DNA from: Dermatophilaceae bacterium
Lineage (GTDB): Bacteria; Actinomycetota; Actinomycetes; Actinomycetales; Dermatophilaceae
Assembly: GCA_051657965.1 (NCBI GenBank)
Contig: JBOFLR010000706.1
Coordinates: forward strand, 1-51,684
DNA length: 51,684 nt
Reading direction: 5' to 3'
Shown here piece after piece: positions 17,559 to 27,787 of this stretch. The notes beneath the pieces were generated by a model, which did not search any database, was not told the origin of the DNA, and saw nothing but the letters and a program-made list of their open reading frames with translations. The translations under genes and the position numbers were made by a program. The stretch's first letter is position 1. Each line of letters opens with the position of its first letter.

Positions 17559-18647
17559 ATGACGACAACGATCACCTTGCGCGGTCCCGGCGACGTCGCC
17601 GCGTTCCTCCCGTACCAGCTCGGCTACCACCCCCTCGACAGCGTCGTCGTGGTCACGCTCGTCGGCGGGGTGGTGGGAATGGTCGTGCGAGTCGGCATCC
17701 CCGACCAGTCGGATATCGGTCACGCCGCGGCATCCGTCGTCGACGTGGTCCTCGACGGTGAGCCGACACAGGTCGCCCTCGTCGGCTACGAGGCCGACGG
17801 CGGCCGTACCGCGACGCCACTGCTCCTCGAGCTGGTGGCGCGCCTGGAGGGGGCGACGGTCGATGTGGTCGATGCGCTTGTCGTGCGCGCCGGTCGCTTC
17901 ACCTCGCTGCGCTGTCCCGAGGCCTGTTGTGGCCCAGGAGCAGGGCGGCCCGTTCCGCCTCCCGAAGACGTGCCCGCAGTGGTCGAGATGGTGATGGCGG
18001 GTCGCTCACCCCTGCCGTCGAGGGCGGCACTCGATCGGGTCGTCGAGGCCGATCCCGCGGTGGCCGGTGAGGTCGGCTGCCTGGTGCGTCAGCGCGCGCT
18101 GCTCCCCGACGGTGGGCGACGCAGCCGGAGCGCCCGAGCGTGGGCGCGATTGCTGGGCCTGCCGTCCCGGTTCTCCGGCTCTCCGGCCCATCTGCGACCG
18201 AGCGACATCGCGGACGCGGCGCTCGGGTTGGCCGACGTGCCCTGGCGCGACGGACTGGTCGCCCGGCTGGCGCCGGGATCGTTGCCGATGTCCGAGGTCG
18301 CCCCTGAGGTGCAGGCCCTGCTCCGCCGCCGGTTGCCGTCGTGGCTCGACAATTCACGACACCGGGACGAGTTGTGCGCTCGTCTCCTCGGCATCTGCCG
18401 GTCGGTGCCCGACCACTGCCCGGCCGAGGCGGCCGCGGTGTGCACGATCACGGCATACCTTGCCTGGCTCGATGGCGACGGCGCGGTGGCCCGGGCCGCC
18501 CTCGGCCGGGCGCTTCGACTGACGCCCGACTACCTGTCGGCGCTGCTCCTGCTTCGCCTGCTCGACGGTGCGGTGGCGCCGCCGAGGCGCCGTCAGCGTG
18601 GTGGTCACCCGGTCGCGACCACTGCGGGCGTCGACCGTGCCGGATGA
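17559..18647 (+). CDS. DUF4192 domain-containing protein
   Basis: Lies within ORF 16992..18647; the part upstream of 17559 overlaps the DUF1232 gene out of frame. The start is ATG 17559. The N-terminus TLRGPGDVAAFLPYQLGYHPLDSVVVV is the typical DUF4192 opening. Confidence 0.7.
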   Translation: MTTTITLRGPGDVAAFLPYQLGYHPLDSVVVVTLVGGVVGMVVRVGIPDQSDIGHAAASVVDVVLDGEPTQVALVGYEADGGRTATPLLLELVARLEGATVDVVDALVVRAGRFTSLRCPEACCGPGAGRPVPPPEDVPAVVEMVMAGRSPLPSRAALDRVVEADPAVAGEVGCLVRQRALLPDGGRRSRSARAWARLLGLPSRFSGSPAHLRPSDIADAALGLADVPWRDGLVARLAPGSLPMSEVAPEVQALLRRRLPSWLDNSRHRDELCARLLGICRSVPDHCPAEAAAVCTITAYLAWLDGDGAVARAALGRALRLTPDYLSALLLLRLLDGAVAPPRRRQRGGHPVATTAGVDRAG

Positions 18648-18739
18648 CGCCGGTGCCACCGGGTGCGAGTGCCGGGCCGCTCACACCACCCCCCGGGCAC
18701 CCTGCGTGGCGCCCGCCGATCCCGGTACCATCGGAGGCA

Positions 18740-18852
18740 GGTCATGAGTCTCAGCGCACAGCCCCGGCTCGCTGGGCGGCAACCCTCTTCGCGGTGGGGT
18801 GCCCCGGGTGATGACCGGGCTGCGTCGTCCGGGCGCGGCAAGCGCGAGCCGG
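18740..18852 (+). promoter_or_regulatory. SAM-IV riboswitch (metX leader)
   Basis: GGTCATGAGTCTCAGCGCACAGCCCCGGCTCGCTGGGCGGCAACCCTCTTCGCGGTGGGGTGCCCCGGGTGATGACC...GGCAAGCGCGAGCC is a paralog of the element at 5589-5703. GAGGAG and ATG 18865 follow immediately. Confidence 0.85.
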
Positions 18853-18864
18853 TGAGGAGCACCG

Positions 18865-20010
18865 ATGACGTCCACCGTGGATCAGGGCGCGCGGTCGTGG
18901 TGGAGCCCGGGCGACCCGGTGGGCGCACGCCGGTTCGAGGCCCTGGGCGAGCTTCGGCTCGAACGTGGTGGAGTCGTCCCCGACATCGTCCTTGCCTACG
19001 AGACCTGGGGCACCCTCTCGCCGTCGGGCGACAACGCGGTGCTCGTCGAGCACGCGCTCACCGGCGACAGCCATGTGGTCGGCGAGGCCGGCGTCGGGCA
19101 TCCGTCGCCTGGATGGTGGCCGACGCTCATCGGCCCGGGCGCACCACTGGACACCGACCGGTTCTACGTCGTCGCCAGCAATGTGCTCGGCGGATGCCAG
19201 GGGAGCACCGGTCCGTCCTCGCCGGCGCCGGACGGGCGACCCTGGGCGGGCCGCTTCCCCTTCATCACCATCCGAGATCAGGTCGCCGCCGAGGCGGTAC
19301 TCGCCGACGCGCTCGGGGTGCTCCGGTGGCACGCGGTGCTCGGTGGGTCGATGGGCGGGATGCGGGCTCTGGAGTGGGCTGCCACCTATCCGAAGCGGGT
19401 GGCTCACGCCGTCGTCCTGGCGTCCAGCGCGTACGCGACCGCCGACCAGATCGCGTGGAGTCGACCCCAGGTGCTCGCCATCCGCAGCGACCCTCACTAC
19501 CGAGACGGCGACTACTACGACCGAGAGCCGCCGGTGGCGGGTCTCGGGATCGCGAGGCGGATCGCCCAGGCCACCTACCGCACCGAGCGGGAGCTCGACG
19601 AGCGGTTCGGACGCCGTCCGCGGCCGGGGGAGGACCCGCTCGGCCCGACGGGACGTTACGACGTGGAGAGCTACCTCGACCACCACGCCGGGAAGCTCGT
19701 GCAGCGGTTCGACGCGAACAGCTACGTCGTCCTGACCGAGGCGATGAACAGTCATGACATCGGCAGGGGCCGCGGTGGATGGCAGTCGGCACTCTCGGTG
19801 TTCGACGGGGAGCTGCACGTCGCCGCAGTGGCCACCGACCGGTTGTTCCCGACCCGCCTCTCCGTGGAGCTCGCCGAGGCCCACCCGGGTTCGACCCTGC
19901 ACATCATCGATTCCGAGCACGGCCACGACGGCTTCCTCATCGAGACCGACCGAGTCGGCGTGCTGCTCCGCGAGACACTCGGTCCAGGCCGATTCGCACC
20001 GCTGCGGTAA
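18865..20010 (+). CDS. metX: Homoserine O-acetyltransferase
   Basis: 381 aa alpha/beta hydrolase. LERGGVVPDIVLAYETWGTL...NAVLVEHALTGDSH and GGSMGGM (nucleophile elbow) are typical of MetX. A SAM riboswitch lies upstream. Confidence 0.92.
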   Translation: MTSTVDQGARSWWSPGDPVGARRFEALGELRLERGGVVPDIVLAYETWGTLSPSGDNAVLVEHALTGDSHVVGEAGVGHPSPGWWPTLIGPGAPLDTDRFYVVASNVLGGCQGSTGPSSPAPDGRPWAGRFPFITIRDQVAAEAVLADALGVLRWHAVLGGSMGGMRALEWAATYPKRVAHAVVLASSAYATADQIAWSRPQVLAIRSDPHYRDGDYYDREPPVAGLGIARRIAQATYRTERELDERFGRRPRPGEDPLGPTGRYDVESYLDHHAGKLVQRFDANSYVVLTEAMNSHDIGRGRGGWQSALSVFDGELHVAAVATDRLFPTRLSVELAEAHPGSTLHIIDSEHGHDGFLIETDRVGVLLRETLGPGRFAPLR

Positions 20011-20053
20011 CGTCGCTCCCGCTGAAACCCATCGTCGGGCCGCAGGAGGGCAC

Positions 20054-20449
20054 GTGACCATCATCGTCGGCTTCGTCCCCACCAAGGAGGGCCGCGCCGC
20101 CCTGAGCCGGGCGGCCGCCGAGGCACGAGCCCGGAAGGCCAAGCTGGTCGTCATCAACAGCAACCGCGGGGGTCGTGATCTCGACGAGCAGGTGTCACGT
20201 GCCGCCGACGACGAGTTGCGCCGTGCCACCGACGACCTCGAGCAGGACGGCGTCGATGTCGAGGTGCGGCAGTTGGTCCGGGGTAACGAACCGGCCGAGG
20301 ACCTCATCGCCGTCGCCGACGAGACCGGCGCCGACCTCATCGTCATCGGCCTGCGCCGCCGGACACCGGTGGGAAAGCTGATCCTCGGGTCGAACGCCCA
20401 GCGCATCCTGCTCGACGCCCCGTGCGCGGTGCTCGCAGTCAAGGGATGA
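20054..20449 (+). CDS. Universal stress protein (UspA family)
   Basis: Lies within ORF 19754..20449. GTG 20054 follows AGGAGGG. The 131-aa product ends with [37 protein letters not shown], the Usp ATP-binding C-terminal motif. Confidence 0.8.
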   Translation: MTIIVGFVPTKEGRAALSRAAAEARARKAKLVVINSNRGGRDLDEQVSRAADDELRRATDDLEQDGVDVEVRQLVRGNEPAEDLIAVADETGADLIVIGLRRRTPVGKLILGSNAQRILLDAPCAVLAVKG

Positions 20450-20492
20450 GCCCGAGCCACCGGCGTGGTACGTCGGAGGGCCGTACGCGTTT

Positions 20493-20498
20493 TATAAT
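20493..20498 (+). promoter_or_regulatory. Candidate -10 hexamer (TATAAT) of the principal sigma factor gene
   Basis: A perfect TATAAT sits inside the only AT-rich patch of this intergenic region (GTTTTATAATGGTAGTAAC), 133 nt upstream of GTG 20631. No convincing -35 element is seen. Confidence 0.4.
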
Positions 20499-20630
20499 GG
20501 TAGTAACACCTGGCCGTCCTCGCCGACGACCCGAGCCGGACGCCCGGGTGTCGCCCAGGACCAAACCCCCCGCCCCGGCTCGCGTTCACGACCCGTGCTG
20601 TTCGGCGGTCCCCGCGACGAAAGGTCACCG

Positions 20631-22259
20631 GTGTCGCCTGTGTCCCGCACCACGTCCGAGCCCAGCGCGCTCCCACCGGAGTTCGCCCACACCGCGCTCC
20701 AGGCGCTGGTCCGCAAGGGGAGGACCACCGGCTCGGTGACCGGCGAGGAGGTCGCCGACGCGCTGCGCGCGGCCGACGTCCATGTCGCCCGCGGGAGAGT
20801 GGTGCTGCGGGCACTGGGCGAGCACGGCATCGCCGTCAGTGTGGATGCCGCGGTCGGCGCCGTCGCGGCGGCACGGACCACGACCACGAAGCGTGCGAGC
20901 GCACGGACCAAGGCCGACACCGGTAACGCGTCGGGGGCCGCGAAGCGCCCGACCACCACGGAGCCGGCGTCGAAGTCCACCAAGTCCGGCGGGCGAGCCT
21001 CGACCACGCGCAAGGCTGCCGCAGCCGCGTCCGGCGCCGACTCGAAGAGCTCCGCGACCATCCGCAACGGGTCCACGTCGGACGTGGCGCCCGAGCCCGC
21101 CGACGCCCCTCCGGAGAGTCTCGAGGACACCGTCGTCGAGGATGTCGTCCTCGAGGTCGACGAGCCCGCTGGAAACGACGAGACCGCCGGAAACGACGAC
21201 ACCGCGACCGCCGACGGCGCTCCGGGTGAGGAGGCGGTGGTCGCCGAGCCGGCCACGGCGAAGAGCGACGACGACACCGAGGATGCCGGCTTCGTCATCC
21301 GCGACGACGACGAGGACGACGCTCCGGCCCAGCAGGTCGTCACCGCCGGCGCTACCGCCGACCCGGTCAAGGACTACCTCAAGCAGATCGGCAAGGTCGC
21401 GCTGCTCAATGCCGAGCAGGAGGTCGAGCTCGCCAAGCGCATCGAGGCGGGCCTGTTCGCCGAGGAGAAGCTGAACTCCGGCGAGAAGATGGACATGAAG
21501 GTCAAGCGCGAGCTCTGGTGGATCGCGCAGGACGGCAAGAAGGCGAAGAACCACCTCCTCGAGGCCAACCTGCGCCTCGTCGTCAGCCTCGCCAAGCGTT
21601 ACACGGGGCGCGGCATGCTCTTCCTCGACCTCATCCAGGAGGGCAATCTCGGCCTGATCCGTGCGGTCGAGAAGTTCGACTACACCAAGGGCTACAAGTT
21701 CTCGACCTACGCGACGTGGTGGATCCGCCAGGCCATCACCCGCGCGATGGCCGACCAGGCTCGCACCATCCGCATCCCGGTGCACATGGTCGAGGTCATC
21801 AACAAGCTCGCCCGCGTGCAGCGCCAGATGCTTCAGGACCTCGGCCGCGAACCGACCCCGGAGGAGCTGGCCAAGGAGCTCGACATGACCCCCGAGAAGG
21901 TCGTCGAGGTCCAGAAGTACGGTCGTGAGCCGATCTCGCTGCACACCCCGCTCGGCGAGGACGGCGACAGCGAGTTCGGCGACCTCATCGAGGACTCCGA
22001 GGCGGTCGTCCCCGCGGACGCGGTCAGCTTCACCCTCCTCCAGGAGCAGCTGCACTCGGTGCTCGACACGCTCTCCGAGCGTGAGGCTGGTGTCGTCTCG
22101 ATGCGCTTCGGGCTCACCGACGGTCAGCCGAAGACGCTCGACGAGATCGGCAAGGTCTACGGGGTCACCCGTGAGCGGATCCGGCAGATCGAGTCCAAGA
22201 CGATGAGCAAGCTGCGCCACCCGAGCCGCAGTCAGGCGCTGCGCGACTACCTCGACTGA
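20631..22259 (+). CDS. sigA: RNA polymerase principal sigma factor (sigma-70, SigA/HrdB type)
   Basis: Lies within ORF 20595..22259. GTG 20631 follows GAAAGG. It has a long low-complexity N-terminal region, then the conserved regions [40 protein letters not shown] and [22 protein letters not shown]. Confidence 0.95.
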   Translation: MSPVSRTTSEPSALPPEFAHTALQALVRKGRTTGSVTGEEVADALRAADVHVARGRVVLRALGEHGIAVSVDAAVGAVAAARTTTTKRASARTKADTGNASGAAKRPTTTEPASKSTKSGGRASTTRKAAAAASGADSKSSATIRNGSTSDVAPEPADAPPESLEDTVVEDVVLEVDEPAGNDETAGNDDTATADGAPGEEAVVAEPATAKSDDDTEDAGFVIRDDDEDDAPAQQVVTAGATADPVKDYLKQIGKVALLNAEQEVELAKRIEAGLFAEEKLNSGEKMDMKVKRELWWIAQDGKKAKNHLLEANLRLVVSLAKRYTGRGMLFLDLIQEGNLGLIRAVEKFDYTKGYKFSTYATWWIRQAITRAMADQARTIRIPVHMVEVINKLARVQRQMLQDLGREPTPEELAKELDMTPEKVVEVQKYGREPISLHTPLGEDGDSEFGDLIEDSEAVVPADAVSFTLLQEQLHSVLDTLSEREAGVVSMRFGLTDGQPKTLDEIGKVYGVTRERIRQIESKTMSKLRHPSRSQALRDYLD

Positions 22260-22331
22260 CGGCGACAGGTTCTGGGGCGGCGACAAGATCCCAGCGCAGC
22301 GCTCGGGCATCGCCTCGTGTGGCGGCGACCA

Positions 22332-24671
22332 TTAGCGCTGTCGTCGGCGGCGCCAGGGCCCGCGATCGCGGATCGTCTGTACCACCCGCGCCAGCTGTCC
22401 TCGCACCGAGGCCGATGCATGTCGCCACCGCCGGCGCCCCTCCTCCGGCAGCAACGTCGCACGGATCCGGTCACTGCGACGCCGTCGCGAGAACGCGGCG
22501 AGCCGCACGGTGCGAGCGTCCGCGGTGACGTCCGGTAGCGCCCCGGTACCGGGTGCGGCGTACCGGGCTCGTTCGAGCGTGGCAACCACTCGCCCGAGAG
22601 CCTCGTTCTCGCCGGCGTCGAGGTAGGCGGTCTGGCTGATCGCCCGTGATGCCTGACGGGGAGTCGCGCCATCGGGTGGGACCAGGCCGACATCGGCGAG
22701 GCGCAGGAGCAGCGACTGCCACTGGACCTCGACCAGCTCGGCGTCGTCGTGCGCGTCGCGCCGGGCTCGGCGCCGGGTGAGCCATGCCGCCACGGGCACC
22801 GCGGACAGGCTGAGTCCGGCGAGCAGGGCGATGACGACGATCGGGAGCCGGTCGCGCGCGGCGGCGAGCAGGCCGGTGTCCGTCGAGCTGCCGGAGGTGT
22901 CGTTCGTGTCGGTCGGGTCCTCCTCCTCGGCCGGGCGGGTGGGCGGGGCGGTGGGCGTGGTCGGCGCCGCTGACGGTGACGGTGAGGCTTCCTCGCTGCC
23001 GCTCGCGGCCGGCGCCGTATACGTCGGGGCGATACCGCTGCGGACTCCTGGGGTGGGCTCGAATCGGACCCAGCCCAGCTCGGGGAAGTACAGCTCGGGC
23101 CAGGCGTGGGCGTCAGCGGCCCGGACCACGCGCCGGTCACCGTCGGTGGACCCCGGGAGGAACCCGACCGCCATCCGAGCGGGGATGCCGGCCGCGCGCG
23201 ACAACATGACCATCGCGGTGGTGAACTGCACGCAGTAGCCACGCCGGGTCTGCAGGAACCGAGCGAGCGGCTCCTCCGCCCGGCGTCCGTCGGCCGTCTC
23301 GTCGGCGAGGTCGAGTGAGTACGAGTACGACGGCCCGCGCAGGTGCGACTGGACCTTGCGCGCGATGGTCAGCGCAGAGTCACCGTCACCGGTGATGTCG
23401 TCGAGGAGCGCGCGGACCACGTCCTCGGACCGAGGGTCCACCGCGAGGTCGTCGCGTTCCGGTGCATCCGCCTCGAGGGTGGCGTCGAATTGGGCGTCGG
23501 TGGGTGACAGCACGGTGAAGTCGGCGGTGTACTCCTCCACCCGGCGGGTCAGCTCCACCACGCCGGTGCCGGTGACCCGCCAGGCACCGTCGGGAAACGG
23601 GTTGCCCGACGCGCTGTCGGGAAGGGCCACCTGGGGCTGGCCCACGCGGTTGAGCTCGACGGTCATCTGCTCCTCGGTGCGGTCGACCCCGCGCCCCGCC
23701 TGAACGCCCGGCAGCCGGCCGTCGATGGGAACGAACGTGAGATCGGATGCCGCTTGCCACCGGCCGCGGCGGTAGAGGTCGAGCACACCCACCCGGAGCG
23801 GCGGTGGGTCGTCGGCGGTGGTGCGGTAGACCAGCACGGGGTCGGTGGACCGGTCGCCGAGGTCGCGGGCGATGTCGATGCTCGTGGACAGCCGCACCTC
23901 GCCGCCGCCCCCGCCACGCCCGTTGTCGCTCGTGCCGAGGCCGTCGGCGAGGAAGGTGGTGGGGAGGTGGGGGATCACCGTGGGGACCACGACCGCGGCC
24001 GCCAGTGCGGTCGCGCCGACCGCGCGGCCGACGACCGCGAAGGCGCCGGTCGGGTCGGCGAAGGGCCCCGACGCCCGGGACGCCGCAGCGCCCCAGTGCC
24101 GCAGCGCCCGCAGGCTCTCACTGTGGACGAGGGCCAGCCAGCACGCGCCCGGCGGAACGAGGAACCACGCGGACAGGCCGCCGGCGGAGCTGGTCGCGGC
24201 GGTCAGGAACGCCGCCAGGAGCGGCACCCCGGCGAGCGCGGGGCTGCGGAATGTCGTCGCGGTCGCGTCGACGGCCAGAGCGGTCAGTCCGACCAGCACG
24301 GTGAGAGCGAACGAGACACCGGGGCCGGTGGGGGCCGGCGCGCTGTACCCGATCACCGTGCGGTAGGCCTCCTCGACCAGCTCCTCCGAGGCGAGCAGGG
24401 TGTCTCGTACGGGCACCACACCGGCGAAGAGGTCATCGCGCACGTGCAGCCACCAGGAGACGAGCAGGAGGACGACCACCTGGGTCGCGACGACACCGGA
24501 TCGGATCTCGACCGACCACCGGGCGGCCATGCCGGTGACCACCACCGCGAGTACGGCGACCAAGGACGGCCACACCCAAGTAGCCGGGGTGAAAAGGGTG
24601 AGCAGCGGAAGGGCCACCGCCACGCTGGCGCCCGCTCCGATCACCGCCGGGACGGGGAGAACGCGGTTCAC
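22332..24671 (-). CDS. Transglutaminase-domain membrane protein (TgpA-like: DUF3488, transglutaminase core, DUF4129-like tail)
   Basis: 779 aa with a multi-span N-terminus. Core motifs are RRGYCVQFTTAMVMLSRAAGIPARMAVGF and DAHAWPELYFPELGWVRFEPTPG. The GTG start overlaps the DUF58 stop (GTGA). Confidence 0.85.
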   Translation of the reverse strand: MNRVLPVPAVIGAGASVAVALPLLTLFTPATWVWPSLVAVLAVVVTGMAARWSVEIRSGVVATQVVVLLLVSWWLHVRDDLFAGVVPVRDTLLASEELVEEAYRTVIGYSAPAPTGPGVSFALTVLVGLTALAVDATATTFRSPALAGVPLLAAFLTAATSSAGGLSAWFLVPPGACWLALVHSESLRALRHWGAAASRASGPFADPTGAFAVVGRAVGATALAAAVVVPTVIPHLPTTFLADGLGTSDNGRGGGGGEVRLSTSIDIARDLGDRSTDPVLVYRTTADDPPPLRVGVLDLYRRGRWQAASDLTFVPIDGRLPGVQAGRGVDRTEEQMTVELNRVGQPQVALPDSASGNPFPDGAWRVTGTGVVELTRRVEEYTADFTVLSPTDAQFDATLEADAPERDDLAVDPRSEDVVRALLDDITGDGDSALTIARKVQSHLRGPSYSYSLDLADETADGRRAEEPLARFLQTRRGYCVQFTTAMVMLSRAAGIPARMAVGFLPGSTDGDRRVVRAADAHAWPELYFPELGWVRFEPTPGVRSGIAPTYTAPAASGSEEASPSPSAAPTTPTAPPTRPAEEEDPTDTNDTSGSSTDTGLLAAARDRLPIVVIALLAGLSLSAVPVAAWLTRRRARRDAHDDAELVEVQWQSLLLRLADVGLVPPDGATPRQASRAISQTAYLDAGENEALGRVVATLERARYAAPGTGALPDVTADARTVRLAAFSRRRRSDRIRATLLPEEGRRRWRHASASVRGQLARVVQTIRDRGPWRRRRQR

Positions 24672-25930
24672 CGGGTCCCCGCGAGGTCACTGTCGGTGCG
24701 TCGACCGCCGACCACTGCGGACCAGGCGGCGGCAGGTGAGGTGTGCCCGTCGACGGCGACGGCCGACCACCCGGAGTTCCGCAGTACCGCGACGGTGGCT
24801 CCGGCCGGCTCGGCGGGATGCACGGCCGCGGGACGAGCACCGAATGTGGCCGGCTCGACGACGAGCGCGACAGCGGTCGACCCGGGTTGCCGGAGTGCGG
24901 CCAGGGCGAGCGCGTCGTCGTCGCTCAACGGTCCGCCCACGTAGGCGACCAGGCCGCCGCCTGCGGTGAGCCCGCTGGCCGCGTGCAGGACGGCACCCAC
25001 GCCGTCGTCGTCGCTGTAGTCGACCCGGGCGAGCGAGTCGAGTGCGTGGTCGAGATCGTCGTCGTGGTGCGCACCGGCATCCGGCGTGAGCAGGTGCGCC
25101 GTGTATCCGGCGTCGACGATGTGGGTGAGCACCGACGCGGCCATGGTCACGGACCACTCCAGCGAGCCGTGCCGGCCGCTACCGCCGTGAGCGGAGCGTC
25201 GGGTGTCGAGCAAGAGGACCGCGCGCCGCTTCGCCGGGCGGTCCTCCTGGCGCACCATGAGGTCTCCGGTCCGTGCGCTGGCCGGCCAGTGGATGCGGCG
25301 GAGGTCGTCGCCGTCGCGGTACTCGCGCACGGTCTGGTCGTCCTCGCCGTTCAACGACACCATGTGCGGGATGCTGCCGTCGGCGCCGATGCCGTTGCCG
25401 AGCGAGCGGCCGGTGGACAGCGGCACCACCTGGGGGAGCACCACCAGCTCGGTGTCGCCGGCGGCGGCGGCGGCACGTTGCGCCAGGCCGAACGGGTCGC
25501 GGACCCGAACCGACAGCGGCCCGAGCCGGTGGGCACCGCGAGAGTGCGAGCGCACGCCGTAGTCCATCGCCTGTGACCCACCCGGCCACAACGCGGGGAT
25601 GACGAAACGCGGCCGGTCCCCGAGGGCGTAGTCGATCGACTCCTCGGCCAGGAGCACCGGCGAGACCGATGATTCGGCGTTGCGGATCTCGACGGTGACG
25701 ATCGACCGTTCGTCGACCTGCACGCGAGCGGGAGAGGCGGTACGCCGGACCTCGAGACGGAGCCCGTGCCGCCGCACGAGGACGAGCGCCAGCACCACCA
25801 GCGCGAGCAGGAGGACGCCGCCGCGCGTGACGTCGGGCTGACCGAGGAGGACGCCCGCAGCGACGAGAACGAACCCGCTGCCGGCGAACGCGGCGCCGCG
25901 AGAAGTGAGGGATCGCCGGAGGTCACTCAT
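24668..25930 (-). CDS. DUF58 domain-containing protein
   Basis: 420 aa with two N-terminal TM helices. REYRDGDDLRRIHWPASARTGDLMVRQ is the DUF58 signature. It sits between moxR and the transglutaminase gene. Confidence 0.85.
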   Translation of the reverse strand: MSDLRRSLTSRGAAFAGSGFVLVAAGVLLGQPDVTRGGVLLLALVVLALVLVRRHGLRLEVRRTASPARVQVDERSIVTVEIRNAESSVSPVLLAEESIDYALGDRPRFVIPALWPGGSQAMDYGVRSHSRGAHRLGPLSVRVRDPFGLAQRAAAAAGDTELVVLPQVVPLSTGRSLGNGIGADGSIPHMVSLNGEDDQTVREYRDGDDLRRIHWPASARTGDLMVRQEDRPAKRRAVLLLDTRRSAHGGSGRHGSLEWSVTMAASVLTHIVDAGYTAHLLTPDAGAHHDDDLDHALDSLARVDYSDDDGVGAVLHAASGLTAGGGLVAYVGGPLSDDDALALAALRQPGSTAVALVVEPATFGARPAAVHPAEPAGATVAVLRNSGWSAVAVDGHTSPAAAWSAVVGGRRTDSDLAGTR

Positions 25931-25939
25931 GAGGGCACC

Positions 25940-26953
<1,014 letters not shown>

Positions 26954-27278
26954 CAGCGGTCCCTTCGTCGGCGTCGGGGCAGCGCGCGACGCCCTCGTCG
27001 CCCGCGGTTCTCGGATTGTGCCGCACCAAGGTGAAAGACCGGGGAAAGCGGTCGCCCCACTGGTCCCCACTCGTGTCCGGTGCGGCACGTCAGCCGGAGG
27101 GTCGGTGCGGACGCCGCCCGCCCGCGCGCACCTCTGCGCATACCGCCGACAACACGAGGAGTCTCATCAGGCGGATATCTGGGCCCTTGAGCCCCACCGT
27201 GCTCCACCGCCTGTGATCTGCGCGGACGCCGTCGGGAGTCGCGGAAAGACCGTGAAGTACCGGCGCTAGGGGTCAGTA

Positions 27279-27312
27279 GTGGAGTAATGTGGAGCGTATC
27301 GGAGCAGTGCGG
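27279..27312 (+). promoter_or_regulatory. Candidate MraZ operator: direct hexamer repeats with 10-nt phasing
   Basis: GTGGAG (27279), GTGGAG (27289) and TCGGAG (27299) are spaced exactly 10 nt apart, followed by GTGCGG (27307). They lie 32-65 nt upstream of the mraZ ATG. MraZ proteins are known to bind phased G-rich direct repeats in their own promoter. Confidence 0.5.
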
Positions 27313-27343
27313 TAGAGCGAGCGGGTCGAGAGAGGCGGTGCCC

Positions 27344-27787
27344 ATGGAGGAGTTCCTCGGCACCCACACCCCTCGGCTCGACGAGAAGGGCCGGTTGTTC
27401 CTCCCGGCTCGGTTCCGGGCGGCGCTGGCCGATGGTCTGGTCATCACGACCGGTCAGGAGGGCTGTCTGTACGTCTTCCCCACCGCGGAGTTCCATCGCA
27501 TCTCGGCGGTGATGCAGTCGGCGCCCGGCTCGTCGAAACAGGTTCGTGACTTCGTCCGGGTCTTCCGGGCCAGTGCGCATCCCGATGTGCCCGACCGTCA
27601 GGGCCGGGTCACCCTCCCAGCGCCGTTACGCGCGTACGCCCGCCTCCAGAAGGACTGCACGGTCATCGGCAACGGGACCCGACTCGAGGTGTGGGACTCC
27701 GGGGCCTGGGCGGACTACCTCGCCGAGGTCATGCCCGCCTACTCCGCCTACTCCGTACCCGGTGAGGAGGTGGTGCCGGGCCTGTAG
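27344..27787 (+). CDS. mraZ: Transcriptional regulator MraZ
   Basis: Lies within ORF 27287..27787. ATG 27344 gives [25 protein letters not shown], the canonical MraZ N-terminus, plus a second SpoVT/AbrB-like repeat ([13 protein letters not shown]). 147 aa. Confidence 0.92.
   Translation: MEEFLGTHTPRLDEKGRLFLPARFRAALADGLVITTGQEGCLYVFPTAEFHRISAVMQSAPGSSKQVRDFVRVFRASAHPDVPDRQGRVTLPAPLRAYARLQKDCTVIGNGTRLEVWDSGAWADYLAEVMPAYSAYSVPGEEVVPGL

Noticed and set aside
19887-19897. The T-loop-like string GGGTTCGACCC, which could hint at a tRNA.
   Set aside because: It lies inside the well-supported metX coding frame, and no acceptor or anticodon arms can be drawn around it. I found no tRNA-like cloverleaf anywhere in the window.
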